Source: Giardia intestinalis
Taxonomy: Eukaryota
Length of the DNA stretch: 64,000 nt
Assembly (NCBI GenBank): GCA_000002435.2
Contig: CM018789.1
Direction: 5' to 3' (one strand)
In this document: piece by piece, positions 49,226-59,547 of the stretch
Position numbering within the stretch: position 1 is the stretch's first letter
How the letters are laid out: each line of letters opens with the position of its first letter
Made by a program: the position numbers and the translations under genes
Notes under the pieces: model-generated
The model's input: the letters and a program-made list of their open reading frames with translations, nothing else
Database searches by the model: none
Told to the model about the DNA's origin: nothing

Positions 49226-52000
49226 ATGGCGGACTCATCCTCTCAGTGGTTCGACGCCGTCCATAACAGAGACTACGAGCTTATTCGGGACCTGATCGGT
49301 CATTGTGCCTGTACTAGAAACATACACGGTCAGACAGCCTTGATGGTGGCAGCCATTGCAGACGATGAAAAGATAGTGAATCTTCTTCTCCCTCACGAGG
49401 CAGGCCAGCTGGACCCACAGAACCGTACTGCACTAATGCTTGCTACGCTAGCAAGTAGTCCGGGATCGGCACAGCTCTTAGCACAGAAGGAGAAAGGTAT
49501 CCTCTTGCCAGACGGCCGAAATGCCATGATGATGGCGGCAGGCTACGGGGCGCATGCCGTGGTGTTAGCATTATTACCATTCTTTAGTTATGAAACAGAC
49601 AGAGAAGGCAACACAGCTCTTGACCATGCAGCCATCGGGGGGCATCTCGAGGTAGTGAAAATTCTCGTCCAGCACCTAGACTTCTCTGTAAAAGACATTT
49701 CTAGAGCCCGCAAACATGCTTCCAAGAATTCATTCACTCATGTGGAAGACTTTCTTACATTAGCTCTTGATGAAAGGTACGGAGCCAAGAACACAGTAAC
49801 CACCATGACCCCGTACACACCAGGCCGCAGCCAAAGCCTTAACCGTGGTTTCTCATCAGAATATCGAAGCACTCAAAGCCATTCTCATCAAGCATCTAGT
49901 TCCTATCGCTCTCCTCTCACCACCTTTAACAAAGTGAATGCACCGTGCTTCAACACAGCTGATGTATCCTCGACTTATTCTCTTCAGGAGCTTATTCAGG
50001 AACGTGAAGATCAAATCATTCGACAAAACGAGCTGATTGATCAGTTAACCTCAAAGATTAGTCAGAAAGACGCAGAGATCGCACATTGGCAAGATATTAT
50101 GTCAAAAGTTAATGCCTCTGCTGCCCAGTACGAGCTCGAGGAGGAAGAAGCTGCAACGTGCAATCCGGAGGAGGACGTTAATGTTCTTAAGGCTACCATA
50201 GAAGTGAAGAACACAAATATTCAGAGATTACAGAGTAAGTTAGATGAGGAAGCATTTCAACACAGACTTATGAGAGCTGAGCACGTGGAGCTCCAGGATA
50301 AGCACGAGCGCCTTATTATGCGAATACGAAAGCTACAAGATGAACTCTTTCAGCGAGATTCCAGTGGTATCAATATAGGTAATGTCTTGTATTTGCAAGA
50401 AAAGATAGATCAACTCGAGAGCGAGCTTGCTGATGCAAGGTTTATTTTGGGAAACATAGTCGACGAAAACAAGTTTTTGGCGGAAGACGCCCATTTGCAG
50501 GGAAATGAGACCGTAGAAGATATTTTGAGACTGGAAGTGAAGCTCTTGAAGCATAAGTACATTCAGCAGCACCTTAAGCATGGAGCTGCCATCAAAAAGG
50601 TACAAGACATGTGTGAGAGGCTGCATGGAAAGTTTAACGAGAAAGAACGAGAAGTACAAAAAGAGAGGACTGCACTACGTAACGAAAAGATGTCTAACGA
50701 CCGCACCATGCTGTTAAATGAAATTGATGAAAAGGATGCAAAGATCAGGAGACTTGAGGCATCTCTTGCAACGGCACGCCAGTGCTCATCATCGATGGCG
50801 GATACCCTCTCAAGTGGTGGGGATCTAAGCACCCTCCTGGCAGAAATAGATCGTCTTAAGCAGACCATAACGGCAAAGGATGAGCAGATGCTTTCTTTGT
50901 TGAAGCAACTAGAGGATAGAAACAATCTCCAAATAGTCACAGAGGTATTTGATATTGATAAGAATCAACAAGATGAAGTTCTTATTACGCAATTAAAGGA
51001 AGACCTAAACAGTGCACGGGCCACTATAGCGCAGTTACGAGCGGATGCTCATAAGAATAAGGTGCACAATAGTAGTATGCAGCTAACCGAGACAACTCGT
51101 CATATTGCGTACACTCCAAAGCAGTCTTCATCTCCTCAGTATTCTCCGGTCCGTCTGGCACAACAGGAGTCCAAAGGAATCTCACCTCAAAGATCGGGCA
51201 AAACTCACCAAGAACTGATGGCACTATTAGTCGAAAAAGACCAAAGAATCGCTGAACTGCAGAAGGAGCTTGAAGATCGCACGATCGAACTTACTAGCGA
51301 AAGAGAAAATACATATGTACAGGCAACTACTATAGCTCGAAAGCTCTCTGATGCCACAGACAGTCCCAAGGACACGATACAAGTTTCTCACTCGGACCTT
51401 ATTAGTTTCAAGAACCTTATATATACTCAGCAGCAACAGCTATCAACCAAGGAAGCTGAAATTGTGACACTTAAGAACGCTAACCGACGTCTTCTCAATG
51501 AGCTTTCTCATGAACGTGCAGAAGCTCTGTCGCGCATAAAGACGAAAGTCTCCGCTCTTGAATTCGAAAACAGAGACTTGCAACATGATGTATCTTTAGC
51601 TCGAGACACAGCAAGCAGTTGCATGCGTGAGCTGCAGAGAAACACTAAGCAGCCGTCATCCATCAATCCGGACTATGCGCTATCTCCTAGTCTGCCGTTT
51701 CATCTGACAAGTCCTACTCAGATGATGAGCCATTTGAAGGAGGACAGTGCACCTGCTGAAAGTGTGAAAAGCATGACTCCCTATGCACCGGTCTCCATGC
51801 CAACGGGCCTCACAGCATCAGAAGTACCAATATGCTCTGACGATGCGCCATCATATGGAACACCTGGCTCTGATGACATCTTGGGTATGTCGCGCTGGTC
51901 AAGTGATTCATTACCCGTTCATACCACAAAGCCAGCAAATGCTCTAGGAGTTATTACAACGACAGCAGGAATTAACGGGGGCTCGAGCGGAAAGATGTAA
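49226..52000 (+). CDS. Ankyrin-repeat / coiled-coil protein, 924 aa ('protein 21.1'-like)
   Basis: N-terminal ankyrin repeats ('GQTALMVAAIADDEKIVNLL', 'NRTALMLATLAS', 'GNTALDHAAIGGHLEVVKILV') followed by ~500 aa of heptad-rich sequence. Confidence 0.85.
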   Translation: MADSSSQWFDAVHNRDYELIRDLIGHCACTRNIHGQTALMVAAIADDEKIVNLLLPHEAGQLDPQNRTALMLATLASSPGSAQLLAQKEKGILLPDGRNAMMMAAGYGAHAVVLALLPFFSYETDREGNTALDHAAIGGHLEVVKILVQHLDFSVKDISRARKHASKNSFTHVEDFLTLALDERYGAKNTVTTMTPYTPGRSQSLNRGFSSEYRSTQSHSHQASSSYRSPLTTFNKVNAPCFNTADVSSTYSLQELIQEREDQIIRQNELIDQLTSKISQKDAEIAHWQDIMSKVNASAAQYELEEEEAATCNPEEDVNVLKATIEVKNTNIQRLQSKLDEEAFQHRLMRAEHVELQDKHERLIMRIRKLQDELFQRDSSGINIGNVLYLQEKIDQLESELADARFILGNIVDENKFLAEDAHLQGNETVEDILRLEVKLLKHKYIQQHLKHGAAIKKVQDMCERLHGKFNEKEREVQKERTALRNEKMSNDRTMLLNEIDEKDAKIRRLEASLATARQCSSSMADTLSSGGDLSTLLAEIDRLKQTITAKDEQMLSLLKQLEDRNNLQIVTEVFDIDKNQQDEVLITQLKEDLNSARATIAQLRADAHKNKVHNSSMQLTETTRHIAYTPKQSSSPQYSPVRLAQQESKGISPQRSGKTHQELMALLVEKDQRIAELQKELEDRTIELTSERENTYVQATTIARKLSDATDSPKDTIQVSHSDLISFKNLIYTQQQQLSTKEAEIVTLKNANRRLLNELSHERAEALSRIKTKVSALEFENRDLQHDVSLARDTASSCMRELQRNTKQPSSINPDYALSPSLPFHLTSPTQMMSHLKEDSAPAESVKSMTPYAPVSMPTGLTASEVPICSDDAPSYGTPGSDDILGMSRWSSDSLPVHTTKPANALGVITTTAGINGGSSGKM

Positions 52001-52033
52001 ACATCTCCGGGCATTTACACGAATTAGAATGGC

Positions 52034-54121
52034 TCAGTATCTGCGACTGGAGCCAGGTCGTTTGGCATCACCCGTTAACATGGCAATTCGCTTGGAGTCG
52101 GAGCGGAGCCGATATGCGAGGTTGTTCAATGATATGTCGTCGTAATCTCCTGAATACTCATACTCGCTGTTACTGGATCTTCTAAACCGGTCACCATAAT
52201 CTCTGCCTCGGCTACTAGTGCGTATGCTGCGATCCAGGCGCGTGCTCCTCATAAGCCCACTACTTGTTAGAAGAGGATCACGGCGCGTTTCATCTGCCCT
52301 CTTGTTCTGCTGATTGATCTGGCCCTCGAGCTGTGAAAGTCTCCTTTCAAAGGCATCTTTTCCAGACGAAAGTTCCTGGACAACAGCTCTGAGCCGCTCA
52401 TTCTCTCTCTCAACCGACGAAGTCCCGTGCAAGTAGCTTGCTGAGTGCCCACGGCCTCCTCCGCCAAAGCTCTTGTCAAATGTTTCGCTGAAACGCCTGT
52501 CTTGGCTTGTCTTTTCCTTCTGGATCTTTGTAGATGAAGCTTCCACTGCCTTTCGGGCAAAGTCATAACACTTATCACGCATCAGATGATAGAAGCTGGA
52601 GAGGAGCTCCAGTGCGTCTCTGCCGGTGGGATTGCATGTAAGATTGCTATCCTCCACTGCATATTCTCGTATACGTTGCTCAATGGAACGTAGCATCGTC
52701 CGCAATTTATCACATTTTACCATTAGACTCTTGTGCTTCTCTTCCAGCTCTCTAAAGTCTGTGACTGATAGGCTTGACGCCCGCGTAAGCTCAGAAATCT
52801 GTGCTCTGAGCTCCATAATTGTCGATTCTCGTTGCTTTAAAGCAAGCTTTAGCTCATTTATCTTAGTAGTTGCAGAGAGCGTCGGCGTACTAGGCTGAGG
52901 CTGACAATAGCTGTTATCGGTAACATGTCCTCCTCGTCTCTGATGCAGAGAAGATCGGAGGTCGTTAGATTTTTGTGACATGGCCCTCGGGCGGCTACCG
53001 GGCCTGGGTGCCTTGGCATTATCTGGAGTTCGAATGTAAGTCCGCCCAGGTGTAGCTGACTGAAGAGCAGCAGGAGACGACTTTTCAGTTGTAGTAATAG
53101 AGGACTGAGAGAAGTCGGGCCTCGAAGATGCCAATTTGCTTTTCAGAACATCGCATTCACGAGAAAGATCACTAAGCTTTCCTTTGTATACACTTACTTC
53201 GTCGCTGAGATTATTCACAAGAACCTGGTAGCGGCGATTCTCTTCCCTTGTCTCTGTAAGGACACGAATATGTGCATTTGCATCTCCGACATACCTTCCT
53301 CTCTCCTCCTGCTGTTCATTGTATGCTTTAAGAACAGATGTTATCCTCTGGATGTTATCTTGAAGCTGCGCTATGCGCTTGTCATCGGTTGTTGTCAAGG
53401 GACCTTGCGCTGCTCCCGAGTAGGATGCGGAAGGCGATGACAGCTCATCGATTGTAAGCTCCTCTATTTCCTCATAATAACCATCGGTTTCGTTGACAAT
53501 GCTACGGGTCTTATCTTTGGAATCGGCAAATGTGACCGTTTGGCGCTGCTTCGTAGCTTTCTTGGACGTATCACACTTAAGCAGCAGATCAGCTATCTCA
53601 GAAGACATGGCCTGAACAGCATTCTTCAATTCGCGCTGCTGTGCATAGATGTCTGCCTCGACGACTTCCAGCGCCTCAAGCAAAGCATCCTTGCGCTGCT
53701 GGCATGAATCAAAGGCAGCGAGGGTGTGATACACGTTCTCTTGGGAAGTTTCGTCCGGGCTGCGGCCGGTCTGGGTTTTCCTCAGAATTCTTTGATTTAG
53801 AAGAGAAACTGCATCTTCGAACAGCTCTTCCCGTGCGAAAACGTCATCAATCGTAATGCTCTTCTCGCCTGGCATAAGAGTGCGCAGAAGCGTGGGCAGT
53901 ACGGCAGCCCCAGTGACATCTATATTATAAAGGTGACGAAGAAGGTTAGACATCAGCACTGAAGACGAGAGATATACCTTGAGGAGTGAGCGACTCGTGG
54001 TAGAGGCCCTTGGCTTTAAGTCCGTCTCTATCCATGACAGGAGACGCTGCTCCGAATTCATGGCTTTTTTGAATTTTGCTTCCAGTCCTGCTACACACGA
54101 CAGATGCGCCACACAGGACAT
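52034..54121 (-). CDS. Hypothetical coiled-coil protein, 695 aa (alternative start 54061 gives 675 aa)
   Basis: Long heptad regions ('ELKLALKQRESTIMELRAQISELTRA'). A second in-frame ATG ('MNSEQRLL', rev-comp 54059-54061) is preceded by a very A-rich 'gcaaaattcaaaaaagcc' and may be the true start. Confidence 0.65.
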   Translation of the reverse strand: MSCVAHLSCVAGLEAKFKKAMNSEQRLLSWIETDLKPRASTTSRSLLKVYLSSSVLMSNLLRHLYNIDVTGAAVLPTLLRTLMPGEKSITIDDVFAREELFEDAVSLLNQRILRKTQTGRSPDETSQENVYHTLAAFDSCQQRKDALLEALEVVEADIYAQQRELKNAVQAMSSEIADLLLKCDTSKKATKQRQTVTFADSKDKTRSIVNETDGYYEEIEELTIDELSSPSASYSGAAQGPLTTTDDKRIAQLQDNIQRITSVLKAYNEQQEERGRYVGDANAHIRVLTETREENRRYQVLVNNLSDEVSVYKGKLSDLSRECDVLKSKLASSRPDFSQSSITTTEKSSPAALQSATPGRTYIRTPDNAKAPRPGSRPRAMSQKSNDLRSSLHQRRGGHVTDNSYCQPQPSTPTLSATTKINELKLALKQRESTIMELRAQISELTRASSLSVTDFRELEEKHKSLMVKCDKLRTMLRSIEQRIREYAVEDSNLTCNPTGRDALELLSSFYHLMRDKCYDFARKAVEASSTKIQKEKTSQDRRFSETFDKSFGGGGRGHSASYLHGTSSVERENERLRAVVQELSSGKDAFERRLSQLEGQINQQNKRADETRRDPLLTSSGLMRSTRLDRSIRTSSRGRDYGDRFRRSSNSEYEYSGDYDDISLNNLAYRLRSDSKRIAMLTGDAKRPGSSRRY

Positions 54122-54135
54122 GGACAGGAGGCCCC

Positions 54136-54142
54136 ATTTACT
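54136..54142 (-). terminator. Poly(A) signal AGTAAAT for the RPS9 gene
   Basis: Minus-strand AGTAAAT begins 10 nt downstream of the RPS9 stop codon and matches AGTRAAY. Confidence 0.5.
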
Positions 54143-54151
54143 TGTATCTCT

Positions 54152-54721
54152 TTACTCGTTATCCCCGCTACTCTGCCTCCTTGCAGCTGCACGCTTTGTT
54201 CTGCCCGGCTTGCCGTTTGGTGCAAGGCTCGACGTGTCAGCTATCGCAACGCGGCTCGTGTTAGAAATGCGAACCATGTAAGACGGTATGTTGACTATCT
54301 GTCCCCCGACGCTGATGTGGCGGGCCTTGATCATGTTCCTCGCGTGGTGGACGGACTTTGCGAGCTTGCTCTCTACGATGACTGACTGAAGACGGCGCTT
54401 AAAGATATCTTCAATCCTCAAACCGAGAACATAGTCCAACTGGTCCTTTTCCTCATCGAGGATCCCGAGCATGTGCAGGCGACGAAGAAGAGCAGCGCCC
54501 TCGAACCTGCGCTTGATATCGTTCTCGTCAAGCGTGAGGAGGTTACGAGCCGTTCTGCGGATCTTCGCAAGCATGTACCTCGCGCGATAGATCTCGCGCT
54601 TGCACTTGAGGCCGTACTCCCCGCAGAGTTTGAGTTCGGCGTCCAAGCGAGGCTTCGTGAAGGGCTTCTTTGGGGTGCTGTATGTCTTTGACGAGTTCCT
54701 ATGGCGGCTAATGCGGGGCAT
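54152..54721 (-). CDS. RPS9: 40S ribosomal protein S9 (uS4), 189 aa
   Basis: Near full-length identity pattern with eukaryotic RPS9: 'MPRISRHRNSSKTYSTPKKPFTKPRLDAELKLCGEYGLKCKREIYRARYMLAKIRRTARNLLTLDE...'. Confidence 0.95.
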   Translation of the reverse strand: MPRISRHRNSSKTYSTPKKPFTKPRLDAELKLCGEYGLKCKREIYRARYMLAKIRRTARNLLTLDENDIKRRFEGAALLRRLHMLGILDEEKDQLDYVLGLRIEDIFKRRLQSVIVESKLAKSVHHARNMIKARHISVGGQIVNIPSYMVRISNTSRVAIADTSSLAPNGKPGRTKRAAARRQSSGDNE

Positions 54722-54813
54722 GGAATCGTCAGGGGAGAATTGGCGAAAGCCAAATTGAATTTAAAATAATTCAATGTTTATAATTCCATTTATAATTTTA
54801 CACTCTGTTTATA

Positions 54814-56823
54814 TTATGCACAGAAAACCCACGAGCTCGTATCAAGCTTCCTGGCTATATCTAAAACCTTGTCTGGACAAAGTGGCTCAAGACCCTTGAG
54901 CCCCTTCAGGGACTTGCTAAGATAGCACATGATATTTTTGATGCTCTGTTCTTTGAAGTTATGCCTTTTAAGATAATATTTGCACAACCTGCCACACGTC
55001 TCCCGAAGCGTGGCTAACCGTGCATCAGTCTTACTTTCCTTTTGATGAAGCATCTTCTGAACTATGAAATTCCCATAAGAATCGTCCATGAGATTGGGGA
55101 AATTTGGGTTCATGAATAAGGACATGGAAAAATCTATTCTTTCTTTGACAGTGCAACACTCTAGAAACTTCTCAATGACGTGTGAGCCGAACTTGTGCGT
55201 ACAGAACAGTATAGCGTTTCTAGTTAGCTGCTCAACAACTTCCTTCCGAATACTGCTGTGGATTAACCTTTTATTTTTTATAAGCCCCTGAATACAGAAA
55301 TTTGCCCACTGGTTATTGCATAGAAACACAAATTTTTCCAGCAAAACACTGCGGATGTTGATTAGCTCACCTTCGTCTATCAGTAAAGGAAAAAGCTTCT
55401 GGTAAATTCTGCAGCCACACATCTGGTCACTAAGGGCCAGGAAATCGGATGGATCCTTGAGGATGATGGCGGAAATCCTGTTGGCAGTCTCCCTGTGCCT
55501 TTCCGAAACGAACGCTTTGCTCTCGAGTATGGATATGACCTTCTGTACAACGTGGTTTGCTTGTCGATGATAGCAATACGCCATGCAATCTGGTTCTATG
55601 TAACTGCAGAAGTACAAAAATTGTTCATCTGGCAAGTCATCTAAGAGAGACTGTAGTAGCCAGATAGAGTGTTGGTTGTTCATTAGGAGCTTAGCACGAC
55701 TGAATAGTGCATTCAGTAGATTAAAGTACAGATCTTCATTGCCAACTTTCTTCACAAAATCTACTATCAATAATGAGCCTTTTGGGGACTTTGCAAGGTT
55801 TAGAAGATTTTCAATGATTATGTTATATAAATTAATATAAAAGTCTTCAAAATGAACGAGATCTGTGGCGTTAAGAGTAGCCTGTAGCTTTTCTAATGCT
55901 GTGTTGCTAACAGAAGCGTTAGAGTCTAACAACTCTAGCACATATGAAGATAGCCCAGATGGTGATAGAACAGATAAATTAGTAATGCTTACATTAGGGC
56001 TCGAACAAAAGCGAATGGTCCTTTGCTCTCCAAAAGACAGCGCCTTGTTGGCTTGAGTCCGAAGAGGAATAACGGGTGGATACATAGAGTGGCTGTGGTT
56101 CTCTTTTGGAGGAAGGACTGGCAAGGAGAAGGACAGGAGCGGGGGAAGTGCATCAAGTGGGGCTAAATCCTGCTGCAGGCATGCATGTGGCAGCTGGAAA
56201 GACTGAGAGTGAGAAATAGAAGCATTTTTGTGCTTGCAATCTGATGATCTATTAGATGGACTGCTGAGTATAGGGCTTTGTTCTTGGTTTCGGTTTTGGT
56301 TAGTGGTATGATTGGAATCAGGCAAAAGCAGTGAGGGAAAATACTGTTGATATGGAAGTGGAACGGACAAGCCTTTGCCAGATGTAGAACACTCAAAAAC
56401 TGGGTAGGCGATTGGAGGAGGCAGAGCAGAACCGCTGACACACGGCTCTAGGGTCGAGAAAGGGGATGTTGGAGTTGTGGGTAAATCGCCAGTGTCTTCA
56501 TAGCCCAGTGGTGACAGGCCAGGTACGGTTAGAGGACAATAAGCCATGGGATGTCCTACAGCTTGTAAATTTGGGTAGAGAAAGGAAGCCTGGAGTGTTG
56601 CTGGAAATGAGTAGGATGTCGGGTCAGCTCCAGGAAACATATCCGTATTGAACCGCTCGAAGAGCTCGTCTTCTTGCAGATCTGTGTATTCATTACTAGT
56701 AACACTCTCCGGCACACTCTCTTCATGGTGTGCGTTAGGCTCTACGCTACAACTTTCACTGGGGCCCGACTGGTGCATACTGCGTCGGAAAGCTGTGCTG
56801 TCGGCATCGTCCATATGCCTCAT
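54814..56823 (-). CDS. Pumilio-family (PUF) RNA-binding protein, 669 aa
   Basis: C-terminal Pumilio repeats with characteristic motifs 'ANHVVQKVI', 'QWANFCIQGLI', 'KFGSHVIEKFLE', 'SYGNFIVQKMLH'. N-half is S/P-rich low complexity. Confidence 0.88.
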   Translation of the reverse strand: MRHMDDADSTAFRRSMHQSGPSESCSVEPNAHHEESVPESVTSNEYTDLQEDELFERFNTDMFPGADPTSYSFPATLQASFLYPNLQAVGHPMAYCPLTVPGLSPLGYEDTGDLPTTPTSPFSTLEPCVSGSALPPPIAYPVFECSTSGKGLSVPLPYQQYFPSLLLPDSNHTTNQNRNQEQSPILSSPSNRSSDCKHKNASISHSQSFQLPHACLQQDLAPLDALPPLLSFSLPVLPPKENHSHSMYPPVIPLRTQANKALSFGEQRTIRFCSSPNVSITNLSVLSPSGLSSYVLELLDSNASVSNTALEKLQATLNATDLVHFEDFYINLYNIIIENLLNLAKSPKGSLLIVDFVKKVGNEDLYFNLLNALFSRAKLLMNNQHSIWLLQSLLDDLPDEQFLYFCSYIEPDCMAYCYHRQANHVVQKVISILESKAFVSERHRETANRISAIILKDPSDFLALSDQMCGCRIYQKLFPLLIDEGELINIRSVLLEKFVFLCNNQWANFCIQGLIKNKRLIHSSIRKEVVEQLTRNAILFCTHKFGSHVIEKFLECCTVKERIDFSMSLFMNPNFPNLMDDSYGNFIVQKMLHQKESKTDARLATLRETCGRLCKYYLKRHNFKEQSIKNIMCYLSKSLKGLKGLEPLCPDKVLDIARKLDTSSWVFCA

Positions 56824-57218
56824 AAAGGTGGTCCGACGACAGTACTTTTCAACAATGACTTATCATTTTTTGACTGAATCAGAAGTACTCTAGTTTGAAA
56901 GTGAGTATGTGAACTACGGACTTTGAACTGTGCTATCATCGATTCACTAAGGAAAACACGGGTGAGGTTGCTGTAATGGTCCGTGAATCTTAGAGGAGAT
57001 TCTACAGAGCAAGACCTTCAACCTCAACCTATTTAGTAGCAGACATAGCAAAATGGTACTCTTCCATCGCCACTTTGGACGATAGGGTACATTTAAATCA
57101 AGGCATAGCAAGTTGTAAAACAAAAAGGTCTGGCCCAATCTTTAGCTGGTGGTCAGTACTGCTGTAACCGTTAGTTGAAGAGAACTCCAGTCTGACTCTG
57201 GCAGAAAGCAGAATTTAA

Positions 57219-58106
57219 ATGTGTGCAATGGTTTTTCTAACAGCAAATGACTCCCGTACACGGTACACTGTGATGAAAACATTGCCAGACTCTGTTACTG
57301 TCTATACCGCCGATACACGGAAAAACGTTCTTCGACTAAATAAGTATGGAGGAGTGGAATTGACAACCTTTAATAACGTTGTAACAGCGATGGATACTAT
57401 AACATCCGATAGTGTCGTTACACTAGGATGCCACAACGGTTCACTAATTATATGGGACACACGCTCTAAGGCTCACTCTATCGTCGAAGGTCACAAGGCG
57501 GCGGTGACTGTTCTCTGCAAGCATCCAGTGTATGAAGTAATCTCTGGCTCTGATGATGGGCTTATCGCAATCTGGGATATGCGCAGCTTTCGCGTGCCCG
57601 TCACGACCCTTTCTCACAGCCACGCGGTGACGTCGCTGCACGTCGCCGACAGCGCGCTGGTTTCCACCAGCATCGACGGGTCTGTGAAGGTCTGGGATCT
57701 GATAAGGAACGCCCTTCTTCACACACACGCCCAGCTGGCCCCCTCGTATCCCATTTTCGACTCCGCGCTCACCTGCAAGCAAGTGCTCTACACCGTCGGA
57801 ACCGACGGGCTCAACCTCTTGGCCATGAGAGGCAGCCTGCAGCCGCTGAGGGTGCAGAGGGTTGAACAGTTGAACAGCCAGCTGTGTCACCAACCCCCGT
57901 TTACACGATTACTCAACGCCCGTTCTGCCCTCTTTCTTGCAAACCACTACACGATCATGAAGGTATCTGATCAGTTAGAGATTGTAGACCAGTATTGTAG
58001 AAGCACAATGCCCATCTCTGAAACAGAGCCGCCTCCCATTGTACAGCTGTATAGCGACCACCTTCTGTACTCCTTGGATGATAAGATAATGGTCAGGCAG
58101 ATATAG
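57219..58106 (+). CDS. WD40-repeat protein, 295 aa
   Basis: 'GCHNGSLIIWDTRS', 'GSDDGLIAIWDMRS', 'TSIDGSVKVWDL' (WD repeats). AT-rich 5' context 'cagaatttaaATG'. Confidence 0.75.
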   Translation: MCAMVFLTANDSRTRYTVMKTLPDSVTVYTADTRKNVLRLNKYGGVELTTFNNVVTAMDTITSDSVVTLGCHNGSLIIWDTRSKAHSIVEGHKAAVTVLCKHPVYEVISGSDDGLIAIWDMRSFRVPVTTLSHSHAVTSLHVADSALVSTSIDGSVKVWDLIRNALLHTHAQLAPSYPIFDSALTCKQVLYTVGTDGLNLLAMRGSLQPLRVQRVEQLNSQLCHQPPFTRLLNARSALFLANHYTIMKVSDQLEIVDQYCRSTMPISETEPPPIVQLYSDHLLYSLDDKIMVRQI

Positions 58107-58124
58107 GCCCGCGGACTCTCTGCT

Positions 58125-59543
58125 TTACTTCGACTGGAGGCTTGCTTGAAACGTTCGAGCGTCATGTAATTGTTGGACAGTACTCTTCCGAACAATCTTG
58201 TCCTGCCATCGACTAGCTGACTCGTTTCTAGAATCAATTGGAAGATTGTCGAGTACCGTGCCTCGTCGAAGGAGGTCTTTGCGAGAGTATTCCAAGATGT
58301 CTAGCTGGCTGACATCAGCATCATTCTCCGTGCTATTAAGAATGACATTTTCTGCGTTTGACGTAGCCAGTTGCTGTACTGCAACCTTTTTAAGACTAGG
58401 TTCAGAGGACAGTATGAGCTCTGACAGGGTACATGCATCTGGCTTCTCAGCAGAATTCTTCTTATCGCCGTGCTCACTTGCATGACTGGATTTGTTTGCG
58501 ACTAGCTTTTCGAAGAACCAAACTTCTCTGCCCCCGGAATCAAGAATGCAATTAGTTGCTTTCTTATAGCATAAAAGCCACTCCGAAAAGAGTCTGTGAT
58601 CATCCAGAACAGCATAGGCCTCCTCACATAGCCTTCTGATCATCGGGATGAGTGGGCACTTGGTCTCGATAATAGAGACATTCTTTTCGGCAAGACTTCT
58701 CCACTTGTTACTCAAGTTGTGGAATCGAGGGGTTTCTCGCACGGTGTCATGAACCCAATGGATAAGCTCTTCAAACACATAGACGCTTGGGGTGAAAGGG
58801 TGAATAAGAAGTCGGTGCATGGCCTCTGCTCGTAGGTAATTCCCTACTCCGTTGAACAATTCCTGAGACAAAAGAAGCCGGCATATGGGTTGTGAAAATA
58901 TCGACTTGGGTGGCACAATGAAAGACCCGTCAAGACCTATAGGAATATGTGACAGTTTGGACAGTATCTTGGACACATAGTCTAGGTACTGTGCCACAGG
59001 ATCAGGGGACCGTGCATGGTCGAAGTCTCCTACTCGCCAGTACATGGTCTCTGGCCGTGGCGAGCATACTGCTAACACAGCATCAGATGCCTCAAACAAG
59101 AGATGTGCGTTAGACTTCAAAGCTTCCTCTGGGGTTAAGAAGGTGTTGATACAGCCTGCTAATCCCAGGCCAATCACGATACTGGTTGGTATGGTAAGCG
59201 CCACAGCGTGATCTGAGTGTTCCCAGGGGCGGCTTAAAGCGGTTGTTTTGCACAAATCATAGGGTGTCTCTGAGGTGTCAGATGTATTTCTTTTCAGACG
59301 CACAAAAATACTCTTTGCCTCATTCCTAGGTGGATCAGCTGCCCGAGCCAGGTCAACTCGGAGCTGCTTGCCTCGAGATTCGCACCTTATGGTAAATGCT
59401 ACTTTTATGGAATCATCAAGGAACAAAGGTGGGAGGGCCTTATACACACACGCCCTCGAAGTAGAGACGTTAGTAAAGAGAGTGTGCTCTGCCTCAAACG
59501 TTATGCGTTCTGCGAAGGCTCGAACCTCAGGATGCTCTGGCAT
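58125..59543 (-). CDS. Fpg/Nei-family (NEIL-like) DNA glycosylase/AP-lyase, ~472 aa
   Basis: The track ORF starts at TTG; the first ATG yields 'MPEHPEVRAFAERI', i.e. the Fpg/Nei N-terminal catalytic signature (Pro2, Glu3, Glu6; cf. 'MPELPEVE', NEIL1 'MPEGPEL'). H2TH motif 'LLSQELFNGVGNYLRAEAMHRLLIHPFTP' (cf. Nei '[21 protein letters not shown]'). No C-terminal CxxC zinc finger was seen (NEIL1-like 'zincless'). Confidence 0.85.
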   Translation of the reverse strand: MPEHPEVRAFAERITFEAEHTLFTNVSTSRACVYKALPPLFLDDSIKVAFTIRCESRGKQLRVDLARAADPPRNEAKSIFVRLKRNTSDTSETPYDLCKTTALSRPWEHSDHAVALTIPTSIVIGLGLAGCINTFLTPEEALKSNAHLLFEASDAVLAVCSPRPETMYWRVGDFDHARSPDPVAQYLDYVSKILSKLSHIPIGLDGSFIVPPKSIFSQPICRLLLSQELFNGVGNYLRAEAMHRLLIHPFTPSVYVFEELIHWVHDTVRETPRFHNLSNKWRSLAEKNVSIIETKCPLIPMIRRLCEEAYAVLDDHRLFSEWLLCYKKATNCILDSGGREVWFFEKLVANKSSHASEHGDKKNSAEKPDACTLSELILSSEPSLKKVAVQQLATSNAENVILNSTENDADVSQLDILEYSRKDLLRRGTVLDNLPIDSRNESASRWQDKIVRKSTVQQLHDARTFQASLQSK

Positions 59544-59547
59544 AAAA
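59544..59547. promoter_or_regulatory. 4-bp spacer ('aaaa') between divergent ATGs of the glycosylase and SprT genes
   Basis: Sequence reads CAT-AAAA-ATG. Both genes must use initiator elements that overlap the partner ORF. Confidence 0.4.

Noticed and set aside
59275-59547. N-terminal 91 codons of track ORF 59275..60072
   Set aside because: Begins at GTG and lies antisense within the Fpg/Nei glycosylase N-terminus. The SprT homology begins only after Met92, which also has the A-rich 5' context.
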